In this document: positions 9,181 through 18,084 of the stretch, one piece after another
Position numbering within the stretch: the stretch's first letter is position 1
How the letters are laid out: the number at the start of each line of letters is the position of its first letter
DNA from: an uncultured delta proteobacterium
Lineage (GTDB): Bacteria > Desulfobacterota > Binatia > UBA9968
Assembly (NCBI GenBank): GCA_963745035.1
Contig: CAVUVW010000026.1
Coordinates: 64,001-128,000, forward strand
DNA length: 64,000 nucleotides
Direction: 5' to 3'
Notes under the pieces: generated by a model
What the model was told of the DNA's origin: nothing
The model's input: the letters and a program-made list of their open reading frames with translations, nothing else
The model's database searches: none
Position numbers and translations under genes: made by a program

Positions 9181-10317
9181 ATGGGACACAAAGCGTTTAT
9201 ACCACAAGAGTACGATGTGTTTGCGGGCTTGGACGTAGATAAAAGAAGCATCTCGGTGACCTTTAGCAACCATCAGCAAGGATTTGTCCGATCGTTGCAC
9301 ATGCCGTACAGCGTGGAGCACTTGCTCAAGCACGTACGCAAGCATTATCCCGATCAGAAGGTTGCGTTTGTCTATGAAGCTGGACCGACGGGGTATGGAT
9401 TGTATGATGGGCTTTCGGCCCAGGGGTATAACTGCTTGGTGGCGGCACCTTCGATGATCCCTCGAGCTCCCGGGCAAAGAGTCAAAACCAATCGCCTCGA
9501 TAGCCGAGGGTTGTCGGAGAGCTTGCGCGGTGGACAGTTGAAGAGCATTCACGTGCCTTCGCCCATTTATCGAGAGCTTCGCCATCTCACTCAGCTGCGC
9601 GACACCTTGGTCAGTGAAGTGGCGGGGATGAAGCAGCGGATTCAATCGCTGTTGCTGTTTGAGGGGATCGCTTTCCCAGCGGCTCCCGCTGGGAGCCGCT
9701 GGTCTTTGAAAGTGAAGAGCCAACTGAGGAAACTTCAGTGCTCTAAGAGCATGCGCTTTAAACTCGATCAGTTGCTCGACAACGTGGAGTTTTCTGAGAA
9801 GCAGGTCGTGAAAGTGACCAAAGAGATTCGCAAGCTCTGTCAGAACGATCCTGAACTGGCGCAGTGCATGAAGTATATGATGAGCGTTTGTGGCATCGGC
9901 TGGATTGTGGCCAGTCAGCTCCTGGCTCGTATCGGTGATTGGCGGGAACTTAAAAACGTGCGTCAGCTGGCAGGGTTTTTGGGGCTGGTTCCGAGTGAGG
10001 ACTCTACGGGAGAGAAAACCGATCGAGGCTCGATCACCCGCACGGGACATGGCCGCCTGAGGAGTAAACTCATCCAAGCGGCCTGGTCGGCGATTCGCCA
10101 AGATGGTGAACTTCGGGAGTTTTACAGTTCGGTATGCCGCAGACACCCGCGGCATATGGGTCCGCGAGTCGCCATCGTCGCCGTGGCGCGCAAGCTCAGC
10201 ACCCGGATTGCTGCGGTGTTGATGGAACAACGGCCCTATGTGATGAGACAAAAAGTTCATTCAGCTCCTTTGACCCAAGAGGAGACATCGCCCCAGGGAA
10301 CGGCTCGACGACTTTGA
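9181..10317 (+). CDS. IS110-family DEDD recombinase/transposase
   Basis: AGLDVDK, YEAGPTG, KTNRLDS and GLVPSEDSTG motifs; RBS AAGGAGG. Confidence 0.95.
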   Translation: MGHKAFIPQEYDVFAGLDVDKRSISVTFSNHQQGFVRSLHMPYSVEHLLKHVRKHYPDQKVAFVYEAGPTGYGLYDGLSAQGYNCLVAAPSMIPRAPGQRVKTNRLDSRGLSESLRGGQLKSIHVPSPIYRELRHLTQLRDTLVSEVAGMKQRIQSLLLFEGIAFPAAPAGSRWSLKVKSQLRKLQCSKSMRFKLDQLLDNVEFSEKQVVKVTKEIRKLCQNDPELAQCMKYMMSVCGIGWIVASQLLARIGDWRELKNVRQLAGFLGLVPSEDSTGEKTDRGSITRTGHGRLRSKLIQAAWSAIRQDGELREFYSSVCRRHPRHMGPRVAIVAVARKLSTRIAAVLMEQRPYVMRQKVHSAPLTQEETSPQGTARRL

Positions 10318-10517
10318 GAACCGGGAGAAACAAACTCCTGACGGTTCGATCCTTGAGACAGAGATCCCGGGGCTTTGTGCCTTAGAGAGGGGCGCATTTT
10401 AAGTCAGTGTGACGGCCGGGTGCCGTGCCACGCATAGCAGCAAGTCTCTCTTGGCCGGGAAAGAAGAAGGGATAAACTAAGAGCATTCGCGGTGTAGCGA
10501 CTTGACATCCACATAGC
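10318..10517 (+). ncRNA. Candidate IS110 bridge/seek RNA region
   Basis: 200-bp non-coding end containing CATAGCAG+CAAGTCT (10433-10447), which matches both halves of the circular donor junction. Confidence 0.5.
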
Positions 10518-11563
10518 AGCAAGTCGAAGAGAGTTTGCCCCATGAGCGTGCAGTTCGCTTGCGTCTGGGGAAATTCCTTGATCGGGATGCTGGCGTTCTT
10601 GAGCGTCGTGATCGATCTGTGCAGCTGATAGGGGTCGGCCACAATCTGCTGCACGGGGCCCGTAAAGGCCGGCAGCGGGGTACGAACGATGCACGGATCC
10701 CAAAGACTGGCGGAAATAAAAATCTCTTCCGCGCTCGCCCACTTGTTTTCGTGAAGACGGAGATACGTACCGGGGCGGAGAACGCGCTTCTGGCTCGCGT
10801 AGTAAGCTTCAGTCTGCCACGGCATGCGCGGCTCATGGTCCCAGTAGGCAAACAGCCGGGCTTCGCGATTGGCATAGATCGGCAAATCGGGATGAAGCCG
10901 CTCGCCTTGTCCCTCCGGGTGCTCATCGGGGCTCACCACCTGCTTGTAAAGATCCATGAGGAGCTCGCTCTCGCCCTCAAAGCCGGCATAGGTCCGTGAT
11001 GAACCGGATGGAATTTCTGCGGGTCGGCACCGGGGTTAACTCTTCCCATAGCCGCCGGCTGGATTCAGAGACATAGGCCCAAAGCTCGTCATAACTCACA
11101 AAGCCATGATTCGAGCCCGCGGCGCCGGCATAGTCGCCGCTGATCGCCGTCACTGTCGTACCGTTGGCCAGATAAATCGTCTTGCTCTGGACCTCGGCCT
11201 CGCGGCGCAATTCGGGATGGTGCTGAATGATGCCTTCCATCGTGCGATAGACGCGCGCCAGTGTTTGCTCAAGGTCATTTGCCAGGATTAGTATTTCGTT
11301 CGGCGCTTCCTGAGTGAATCCCCAGCCAAGCGTTATGGCGCCATTCAGCGTGGTTTTGCCGCTCTTCTTGATGCAGGAATAAAGAATCGTATCCCACGGT
11401 AGGCGGCCGTCCTGATCGAAGGCGAAGGCGAGACGGAGAACCTCCCGCTGGTGATCGCTGAGCCCGAAGGGCTGGCCAAGCTCGTTTTTCTTAACCAGCT
11501 TGTCGATAAATGTCATCGGGTGAATCAGTTTGGTCATGGCCCTTCGATCCTGTGATATAATCA

Positions 11564-12166
11564 GTGGTCACTGTGTTTGATTCTTGCCTGCATTGCGGCA
11601 GTCATAGCTTCGAGCGCTCTCATCGCAGCCGCTGGGAACGTTTGTTGAGCACCCCCATAAATGCACGCCTGTTTAGCTGCCGTGATTGCAACTCCCGCTA
11701 TTGGGTAAGTCCAAACGGCATTTGGGGACGTGGCTTTCTTCATCTTCTTTGGTTGCGGTTCATGCGCTGGTTCTCAGTTCTCTTGTGGATGGCTGTTATT
11801 TTCGTTCTTTCGACGGAACATTTTTCTTCGGCACGAACCCCTATCCCAAAGGAGCTCATGGAATTGGGCTTCGATCAATTTTTGGTTCGCAAAGTTGCTC
11901 ATTGGACCGAATACTTCATACTTGGATTCCTGTTAATGCGCGCTCTCAGCGCGAACTCCGATAAGCTCATATTCAAACGCCACATCGTTTTAAGCGTGAT
12001 CGTCGCTGCTGTTTATGCAGTGACCGATGAGTGGCATCAGTCGTTCGTCCCAAATCGGGACGCTAAAATGAGCGATGTCGCCCTCGACGCTGTGGGAGCT
12101 TGTTGCGGTACATGGTTATGGTCGCGGGTGCGAACCCTTTGTTGGATGAGTTGGATAATTCGATGA
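11564..12166 (+). CDS. VanZ-family membrane protein with an N-terminal Zn-ribbon
   Basis: VRKVAHWTEYFILG...YAVTDEWHQSFVPNR...DVALD VanZ motifs; CLHC...CRDC at the N-terminus. Confidence 0.85.
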   Translation: MVTVFDSCLHCGSHSFERSHRSRWERLLSTPINARLFSCRDCNSRYWVSPNGIWGRGFLHLLWLRFMRWFSVLLWMAVIFVLSTEHFSSARTPIPKELMELGFDQFLVRKVAHWTEYFILGFLLMRALSANSDKLIFKRHIVLSVIVAAVYAVTDEWHQSFVPNRDAKMSDVALDAVGACCGTWLWSRVRTLCWMSWIIR

Positions 12167-12169
12167 AAT

Positions 12170-12444
12170 TCATACTTCATCCAGCAAGGCATGAAACCTG
12201 ATGATGCCCACCTTGGCGAGCAGTGCCTTTGCCCTCTTCAAAGCGTAACCGTCCATCCGGCAGTGATCAGAGCAATAGCGTTTGCCGCGCTGTGATTTGA
12301 TCGTGATGGGCTTAGCGCACAACGGGTTCGCGCAGCGTTCAGGATTGGCGTTATTGGTAGCCGTTAACGGCTCATTCTCGCATTCTCCGGGCTCGGTAGG
12401 GGTGAGCCTTCACTCTCAAAGGTGCGAGTTGTTAACGCCTTCAT
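12170..12444 (-). pseudogene. Small zinc-finger protein with a 1-nt frameshift
   Basis: RBS GGAGGT; CANPLC...KRYCSDHCR in the shifted frame. Confidence 0.5.
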
Positions 12445-12894
12445 TGGTCTTTCAGTTGCTACCTCCTAGTAGCGTGACTCTGAGAGACATGGCTATGGGC
12501 GACTCAAATGTCCCAGACAGTGCGCTATCGGAAACCAAAGGGCACTCGATTCTCGCGAGTTTACCCAGATCTCTTCCAAAGCACGGGCGGAAATTGCGCT
12601 TCTCAAAAAAACTGCGGTGCTGTGTGAATCGTGCGGTTGTGTCTATGGGGATTGCGGCGATGAGACAGTTTGCTTGGAACGGTTGCCAGTAGCCGGACAG
12701 TCCTAAACGGATTACCGCGAGGTGGGCCGTGAGCACGAAAAATGTTCTGGATTCGGTACTACTGCTTCTTGTCGCATCCGCAATGATGTTTCTCTGGTGC
12801 CGGAGCGACCCTCGCGCGCCGCACAGGGACGAAAGTTTCTTAGCGTCTCTAGCTCGCATGCGCTGATCAAAGCGACTCCGACGGGTTAGCGCGG

Positions 12895-13386
12895 TCATTG
12901 GCGGGTGTCGGCTTGGGGCTGCTCGGTATCGCCGTTGAGAAGGTCGGTAACGGTTTTCACTTTGTGCCGGCGCTCAAGGCCGAGCATGTTGAGATACTTG
13001 GCGAGTCCATCGGCTAGCTGTTGGCGCTGAATGACCACAGGCATGATGGTTTTTGCCTTCCTGCGTCCGACGATCAGCGTGTCTTGGGTGAGCAGCCAAC
13101 CGTCTATACTATCGAGCAGAAACTTGGACTTGCAGGCTAAATCGATGATGGCGTGCTGCTGGGTTGAGAGATTCTCTTGGCCGCCAAGATCGGCGATTAA
13201 TTCCAGCCGCCACCGCTTAAGCGCCTTAGCCACGGCAGAGCGGCCGTCGATGGCGCGCTTACCAAGTACTAAGACTGCTCTTTTAAGCGTGTGGAAGCCG
13301 TGCTTTTCGGCGTAGCGGTTTCTTTTTGGTGCCGGGTAAATCGGGGTGCCGCCATCGCCTATGCCACAAGGTTTCGTGGGTTCCAT
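12895..13386 (-). CDS. Putative terminase small subunit-like phage protein
   Basis: NRYAEKHG, IDGRS, DLGG...LSTQQ and LGLERR motifs; upstream of and co-oriented with terL. Confidence 0.6.
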   Translation of the reverse strand: MEPTKPCGIGDGGTPIYPAPKRNRYAEKHGFHTLKRAVLVLGKRAIDGRSAVAKALKRWRLELIADLGGQENLSTQQHAIIDLACKSKFLLDSIDGWLLTQDTLIVGRRKAKTIMPVVIQRQQLADGLAKYLNMLGLERRHKVKTVTDLLNGDTEQPQADTRQ

Positions 13387-13531
13387 AAAGTCGGGCTATT
13401 CAGGATCACTTCTCGAAAACTTCACGATAGATGATGCACAAAGTCGAAACTTAGCCAACTTTGCGCTCCCTGAGTTTGTAATAATCTCGGATAGTTAGAA
13501 GATGTTGGAGATTGTTGGAAGATTGTTGAAC

Positions 13532-13557
13532 GGGTTCAAATCCCGTCGGGGACGCCA
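13532..13557 (+). repeat. att core: tRNA-Glu 3'-end fragment GGGTTCAAATCCCGTCGGGGACGCCA
   Basis: T-arm plus acceptor strand with CCA; identical copy at 34939-34964; 5' half of the tRNA absent. Confidence 0.85.
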
Positions 13558-13587
13558 AATTCTCTCGTCATTTTCCGCGTTGCAAAA

Positions 13588-14103
13588 TCACCCTCTGAAA
13601 TTTCCGTTTCCATTTCCGTTTTTTTGCTCGAGCTCGGCCATCATCCGCGCGCCGAAGTCGCTGCTCATGTAGCGACCGTAGTGCTGCTCGATCATCTGCG
13701 CCGAGCTGCCGCACTGTTCTGCGATCGCCTTGATGTTCTCGCCGGCGGTAAGCGCCAAGCTGATGAACGTGTGTCTTGTGCAGTAGAGCGCTACTGAAAG
13801 ATTGTCGTTAGGCATGATGCCGACGGCGTTGAGCGCAGCACCGAAGAGGAGGAGAGCAGGGCCCAAATACACTTCCATGATTTGCTTTGCCGCTCCGTAA
13901 GACGCACCTGCTGATACAAGACGCTTGTAGTTGTCCATCCTTTGCAGAATATCTGCCAATTCCGAAAAGTTGGGTCGCCATTTGGGATGGCTATCCTGGA
14001 TTGCTGCCGCTAGGCCTCGAAGTTGTAAGATCGTATTTGCTGGGTAGCCGGTTTGGTCTACAAATACTGCCTCGTATTCGGATTCGAGTACCGTGTGCTT
14101 CAT
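13588..14103 (-). pseudogene. Tyrosine integrase C-terminal remnant fused to an unrelated N-terminus
   Basis: LYCTRHTFIS...IAEQCGSS..MIEQHY (RH...Y catalytic motifs) only in the last ~65 aa. Confidence 0.8.
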
Positions 14104-14296
14104 GTCCTCTGCTAAGGCCGATTCTGGATCTCTTTCAGGATCTCGTGAAGATAGGAATTTAACGTGCTGATCTGAATATAAATACCCCAGATGAATAAAG
14201 TTATAACGAATCCAAGGCCGCCAACGGGCAATGCCTGTCGTGCGGTTATTGGTTTGCTTGGATCGTAATCAATGGCAAAGCGGAAGGAAGCATTAA

Positions 14297-14478
14297 ATGG
14301 CCGACGAAGCTAAAGACCAAAAGGTGAGTCTCGAACAGCCCATGGTAAGCACTCTCGCGATGACGGATGCGTCGCAAAGCTGCTGATCGCCAAGGGCATC
14401 ATCACGGATGCGGAGTCCAAAGCGCGTGGCAGCGCGGAAGGGGCGAACTCTCTCGCCGTGCTGAAGCGGCTGCAGTGC
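14297..14478 (+). pseudogene. Frameshifted small hypothetical protein
   Basis: MADEAKDQKVSLEQ.MVSTLAMTDA/AKLLIAKGIITDAE...; RBS GGAAGG. Confidence 0.45.
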
Positions 14479-14578
14479 CCCCTTAGCTGTCTAAACCGGC
14501 TAAGCCTTCACAGCGTCGACGGGTGAATATTCGAGCCAGAGTCGCTTGCGTACCGAAGCAAGTACCGCTGTGGGCTGG

Positions 14579-14794
14579 TCAGAACATGAGCCAATCTAAC
14601 AAAAGAGCCGTAAGCGCAGCTAGAGCGAAGGTGATTACGCTGGTAATGAGCTTCATCGCGCCTAGAGCTTGATAGAAAAGAAAGGCGCCGGCGACTGCGG
14701 TCAGGGACGTGAGAGGGTGATGGAGCACCATACGCATAGTGTAATCAAACCAGTAGGTGAGATCACTCATGATTTGGTTCATGTTCATGTTCAC
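14579..14794 (-). CDS. Small two-TM membrane protein
   Basis: RBS AGGGAGG; two hydrophobic segments. Confidence 0.6.
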   Translation of the reverse strand: MNMNMNQIMSDLTYWFDYTMRMVLHHPLTSLTAVAGAFLFYQALGAMKLITSVITFALAALTALLLDWLMF

Positions 14795-15377
14795 CCCTCC
14801 CTAGTTTGCCGTATATACCAATCAGCCAAAGAGTAGACAAGCGGCGATAAACTTGAAGTCGGAGCAGACTTGTAAGTTTGTCATTGCTTCATCGATCATA
14901 CGGGGGAGAAAAAATGAAAAACAGTAAGTTCTGCTCGCCGCGGCTGTCTTGGTTATTTTCGCTCTAGGAAGGATGCGCAACCGTTAAGAGGCACTTCGAA
15001 GGAGCGGGCATGCTCAATGCGCTGAAGGTCGTGAATGAGGGCGATAATATTTTAGAGGTGCGCGCGATTCTCGATTACTATCGCGACCTGTACCGGCAGG
15101 AGGGGAGACACTGAGGGCAATTCCCACACCTTAGCGGATGTCCTCGAAAACAATGCCGATATATTTCACGATCCTTCCCGCGCTTTTTTCCGCGCGTCCG
15201 CTTTCGTGGGAACGGTACGGCGAGAGCCAGACGGGTCGGCTCATGAGCGTGCTCATGGTCGAGTTCGCAGCCGATTTCATATGACGCCAAGCGCGGATCT
15301 AGAGTGAGATAAAAGTCGAGCACGAGAGAGGACAAGCATGCGAGGCGCAGCGTTACTATAGCGAAAAAGGCGGTCGG

Positions 15378-15625
15378 GTGGCGTCCGGCCTTTCTTTCGC
15401 GGGTGCGGCAGCAACACAGACCGGTTTTCGATGCGATGCCACAGGCACACCGGCACAGGTTGTCGAATTTGATGTTACAGTCACCGCAGCGGAAGGAACG
15501 GAGACAAAAGGCGAAAAGGCGGCATCGGTGTTTTTGTGGTGCAATCGAGCTCGGCTCTCACGGGAAATCGGAGTCTTCGAACACCTCTGTAGGCCGAATC
15601 AAATTCTCAGTTCCGATTTTGCTAT
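15378..15625 (+). pseudogene. Fragmented hypothetical protein (VEFDV.VT...GGIGVF...SVGRIKFSVP; Trypco-like)
   Basis: Motif pieces distributed across reading frames. Confidence 0.45.
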
Positions 15626-15797
15626 ATATTGACATCTCCACGAGCCGCGCTGTATGTACGCAGTCACAGCGCCAATCTCATCACATGGCGCGCCCCGCCC
15701 GCTTGACTTTGAACTTACTCGGGTTGGGGTGGAGGAAATGCATCAACTAGAAACGTCGCCACAAACGTACAATGATAGTTCAAATGGAGGATGCATT

Positions 15798-16589
15798 ATG
15801 ATTACGCTGAGCCAGTATAAGGCTGGAGAAGTTATTGTTCAAGAAAACGACTTTGGCGAAACGGCTTACGTCATCGCACAAGGGCAGGTTGAAGTAACTA
15901 AGGGACTACATGGGCAAAATGTCCATTTGGCTTACCTTGGGGCCGGAGAAATCTTTGGCGAAATGAGCATGATTGATGAGAGGCCACGCAGTGCAACCGT
16001 AACAGCCGTTACCGAGATTTTGGTAAATGAGATCCGGCGGGACGACTTTTTCAACAGCTTTCAGACAGACCCCAAAGTAGCGCTCCAACTCTTAAAAGTT
16101 CTCTTTGAGCGTTTGCGTTTGGCGGATTCCATGATTTTGCAGCTCCAAAAATCGGACCCCCAGCACGCGCTGGTCCCGAAGGAATCGTTGGCCGCAGTCC
16201 CGCCTCCGGGAGAGCCCACGATTACGCTGGAAGGGGTAACCGCGCGAGCTGACACCGCTCTACCGGTGACGCCTTTTCAGATCACACAATTCCCCTTTCG
16301 TATTGGCAGAGAGAGTCCGGATCCGCTTGTCTACAATGATCTGATGCTTCCCGACTCTGTGCCGATGCAAGTCTCTCGGCATCATCTTGCTTTCATCGCA
16401 CACGAAGGCTGCGTAGGGGTCGTGGACCGAGGTAGTACCCTGGGTTCATGGGTAGATGGTCAACAAGTTGGCGGCCCAGCCGGCTTATCTGGCCCCGTGT
16501 TTTTTACTGGGTCAGAAGGGCTTCTTGTGTTAGGCACTCGGGAATCCCCCTTCAGATATCGCGTCAGCCTTCGCCCTAGCGTTTCGTGA
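15798..16589 (+). CDS. cNMP-binding plus FHA domain protein
   Basis: GEIFGEMS...PRSATV (cNMP) and IGR...VSRHH...DRGSTLGSWVDG (FHA); RBS GGAGG. Confidence 0.9.
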   Translation: MITLSQYKAGEVIVQENDFGETAYVIAQGQVEVTKGLHGQNVHLAYLGAGEIFGEMSMIDERPRSATVTAVTEILVNEIRRDDFFNSFQTDPKVALQLLKVLFERLRLADSMILQLQKSDPQHALVPKESLAAVPPPGEPTITLEGVTARADTALPVTPFQITQFPFRIGRESPDPLVYNDLMLPDSVPMQVSRHHLAFIAHEGCVGVVDRGSTLGSWVDGQQVGGPAGLSGPVFFTGSEGLLVLGTRESPFRYRVSLRPSVS

Positions 16590-16706
16590 GACTCTCGAAA
16601 TTTTCGACATTCTTCCGCGCTGCGTCCACCTGCGACTGGAAACGAAAGATCTGATCGGCATCGATCGGCCCGCGGTGCCGATTCTTGAAAAAGTCCGAGC
16701 TCGTCG

Positions 16707-16811
16707 GTGCAAATTGCGTTTGCCGAGTGGACGCCCGACGGGCACCTCCGGGACTCGAGCTTTGCGGGTCTGCGCAACGATAAAGCCCCCCGACATATTG
16801 TGCGGGAGTAG
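16707..16811 (+). pseudogene. LigD/ATP-dependent DNA ligase C-terminal fragment
   Basis: VQIAFAEWTPDGHLRDSSFAGLRNDKAPRHIVRE*. Confidence 0.75.
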
Positions 16812-16849
16812 CTTGCTCCCCGCATCAAACCCCGGGTGATCGAACCGAT

Positions 16850-16869
16850 GCGTCGTTCAGTTCAATCCT
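16850..16869 (-). repeat. Inverted AGGATTGAACTG site (left boundary of module A)
   Basis: GCGTCGTTCAGTTCAATCCT; homolog at 31635-31655; reverse complement of the start of the 130-bp element. Confidence 0.7.
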
Positions 16870-16961
16870 GCGGGGAACTTTGCAATGGTCTGGCCGAAAT
16901 AAGCCGCCATTCGTTAGGAAGATAACCCGCCGCCCTGGCAGGTTTTGTCGGAAACGAAACG

Positions 16962-17080
16962 TTGACAAACTACGGAGCTGGCGGATATTGCATCTATTTG
17001 GATTTTATTGTCGGAGCCACTGCCGAGATAAACCGACCAGTAATTGTCGGTCGCTACGGCGGCTCACTTAATAGTTAGCG
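16962..17080 (+). promoter_or_regulatory. Candidate cassette promoter and attI-like site
   Basis: TTGACA at 16962; GTTAGCG at 17074-17080 opens the first cassette with no upstream RYYYAAC partner. Confidence 0.45.
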
Positions 17081-17094
17081 TGCAGAGGCGAACT

Positions 17095-17538
17095 ATGGCG
17101 AAGGTCAAGGAGTTACACGATGCGGTGAAGCGTGGGGATTTGGCTCTGGTGAAGGCGCTCCTTGACGAAGACCGTGCTCTCACGAACGCCGTGACCACGA
17201 CAGACGCGCGAGGCACGTATCCCCTCCATGTGGCGGCCGAGTTCGGTCAAGCCGAGGCTGCGCGCATCCTCCTGGGCTTTGGAGCGGACGTGTCGCTGCT
17301 CGATGCGGAGAATTATGCCATCGCCCTGGGGTGGGCAGCGTTCTTCGGCCGGCCAGAGGTTGTCGCGGTCCTTCTGGAAGTAGGATCGGAACCCAGCCAA
17401 CGCAACAAGCATGGTTTGACACCGCTTGCCTGTGCGGTGGGCGGGACGCAGGGGAGATGGAAACACTTCTCCAACGCGACTGTCGAGGAGTGGCAGCGGG
17501 CGGCAGACTTGATTCGTTCTCACGGAGGCATCGAGTAA
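17095..17538 (+). CDS. Ankyrin-repeat protein (integron cassette 1)
   Basis: LHDAVKRGD, YPLHVAAEFG, GLTPLACA repeats; bounded by GTTAGCG/CGCTAAC. Confidence 0.9.
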   Translation: MAKVKELHDAVKRGDLALVKALLDEDRALTNAVTTTDARGTYPLHVAAEFGQAEAARILLGFGADVSLLDAENYAIALGWAAFFGRPEVVAVLLEVGSEPSQRNKHGLTPLACAVGGTQGRWKHFSNATVEEWQRAADLIRSHGGIE

Positions 17539-17556
17539 GCGCTCCGGTTCCATGCG

Positions 17557-17642
17557 CGCTAACAACGGCGTTGAGCGGTCGCGCTGATGGTTGGCGACCA
17601 CACTGTCGTTGGTGCCCGCGCCGCCCACGCCTATCGTTAGAC
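17557..17642 (+). other. attC site 1
   Basis: CGCTAAC...GTTAGAC with an imperfect internal palindrome; R'' complements the cassette start. Confidence 0.85.
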
Positions 17643-17694
17643 CACTTAAACGACTACCGTTCCGATGACAGCAACTCAATAAAGGAGAATACCG

Positions 17695-18009
17695 ATGAAA
17701 TACATGATCAGCTGGTTCGAACGTCCGCAAGGATCGCCTACGGAATACGAGAATGCCCAGAAGCGAATACTGGAGGTTTTCACCCAATGGAAGGCGCCCG
17801 CCAATTTCAATATCGAGTTATTCGTGGTGCGGGTAGGCGATTGGGGCGGGTATATGATGGTGGACTGCGATGATCCGTTGACCGTTCACAAGTTCTGCTC
17901 GACCCTTCCTTCTTTTGTATTCGAAGCACGGCCAGTGGTTCCCGTTATGGACGCTGTCCGGGTGGAGCTAGAAGCGATTGCCTTTCGTGATGGGCTCAAA
18001 GGCAAGTAA
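17695..18009 (+). CDS. DUF3303-like protein (integron cassette 2)
   Basis: MKYMISWFER...FVVRVGDWGGYMMVDCDDP...FEARPVVPV; RBS AAGGAG. Confidence 0.8.
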   Translation: MKYMISWFERPQGSPTEYENAQKRILEVFTQWKAPANFNIELFVVRVGDWGGYMMVDCDDPLTVHKFCSTLPSFVFEARPVVPVMDAVRVELEAIAFRDGLKGK

Positions 18010-18084
18010 CATTCGAGAGGATCGAATCGCATTTGCCGAGTCGGCGAAAGATGTATTCACGACGAGTTTGATAAACACCGTGTG

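Larger units (their letters stand above)
9091..10519 (+). mobile_element. IS110-family element with an AG core dinucleotide at both junctions
   Basis: Empty site gttgAGcaagtc is reconstructed from the terL frame; no TIRs or target duplication beyond the 2-bp core. Confidence 0.92.
8634..11537 (-). pseudogene. terL: Phage terminase large subunit, interrupted by IS110 (9091-10519) and with a +1 frameshift near 10995
   Basis: Walker A KKSGKT, Walker B SYDELW, TYAG coupling motif, nuclease motifs VGVD, ADPYQ and KKIDAIVALAMA; removing the IS restores LFDLLNGRNL. Confidence 0.9.
1..13557. mobile_element. Integrated phage-derived element (defective prophage or satellite); left end outside the window
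   Basis: HTH regulators, TerS-like, TerL, Bbp16-like and scaffold-like genes; ends at the tRNA-Glu 3' duplication 13532-13557. Confidence 0.7.

Noticed and set aside
7070-11537. Diversity-generating retroelement, suggested by the BPP-1-like genes
   Set aside because: No reverse transcriptase, and the duplicated segments do not differ specifically at adenines.
12452-12898. 148-aa ORF between the TerS-like and zinc-finger genes
   Set aside because: Start overlaps the upstream stop, but there is no recognisable motif and the composition is atypical; not supportable.
13532-13557. Intact tRNA-Glu here or at 34939; intact tRNA-Lys at 19425 or 33565
   Set aside because: Only 3' or anticodon-arm fragments are present; no full cloverleaf can be built.
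13588-13790. Integrase remnant as the integron integrase for the attC cassettes
   Set aside because: Its tail and att-adjacent position fit a phage-type integrase; it is 3 kb from the array and no IntI-specific sequence is visible.
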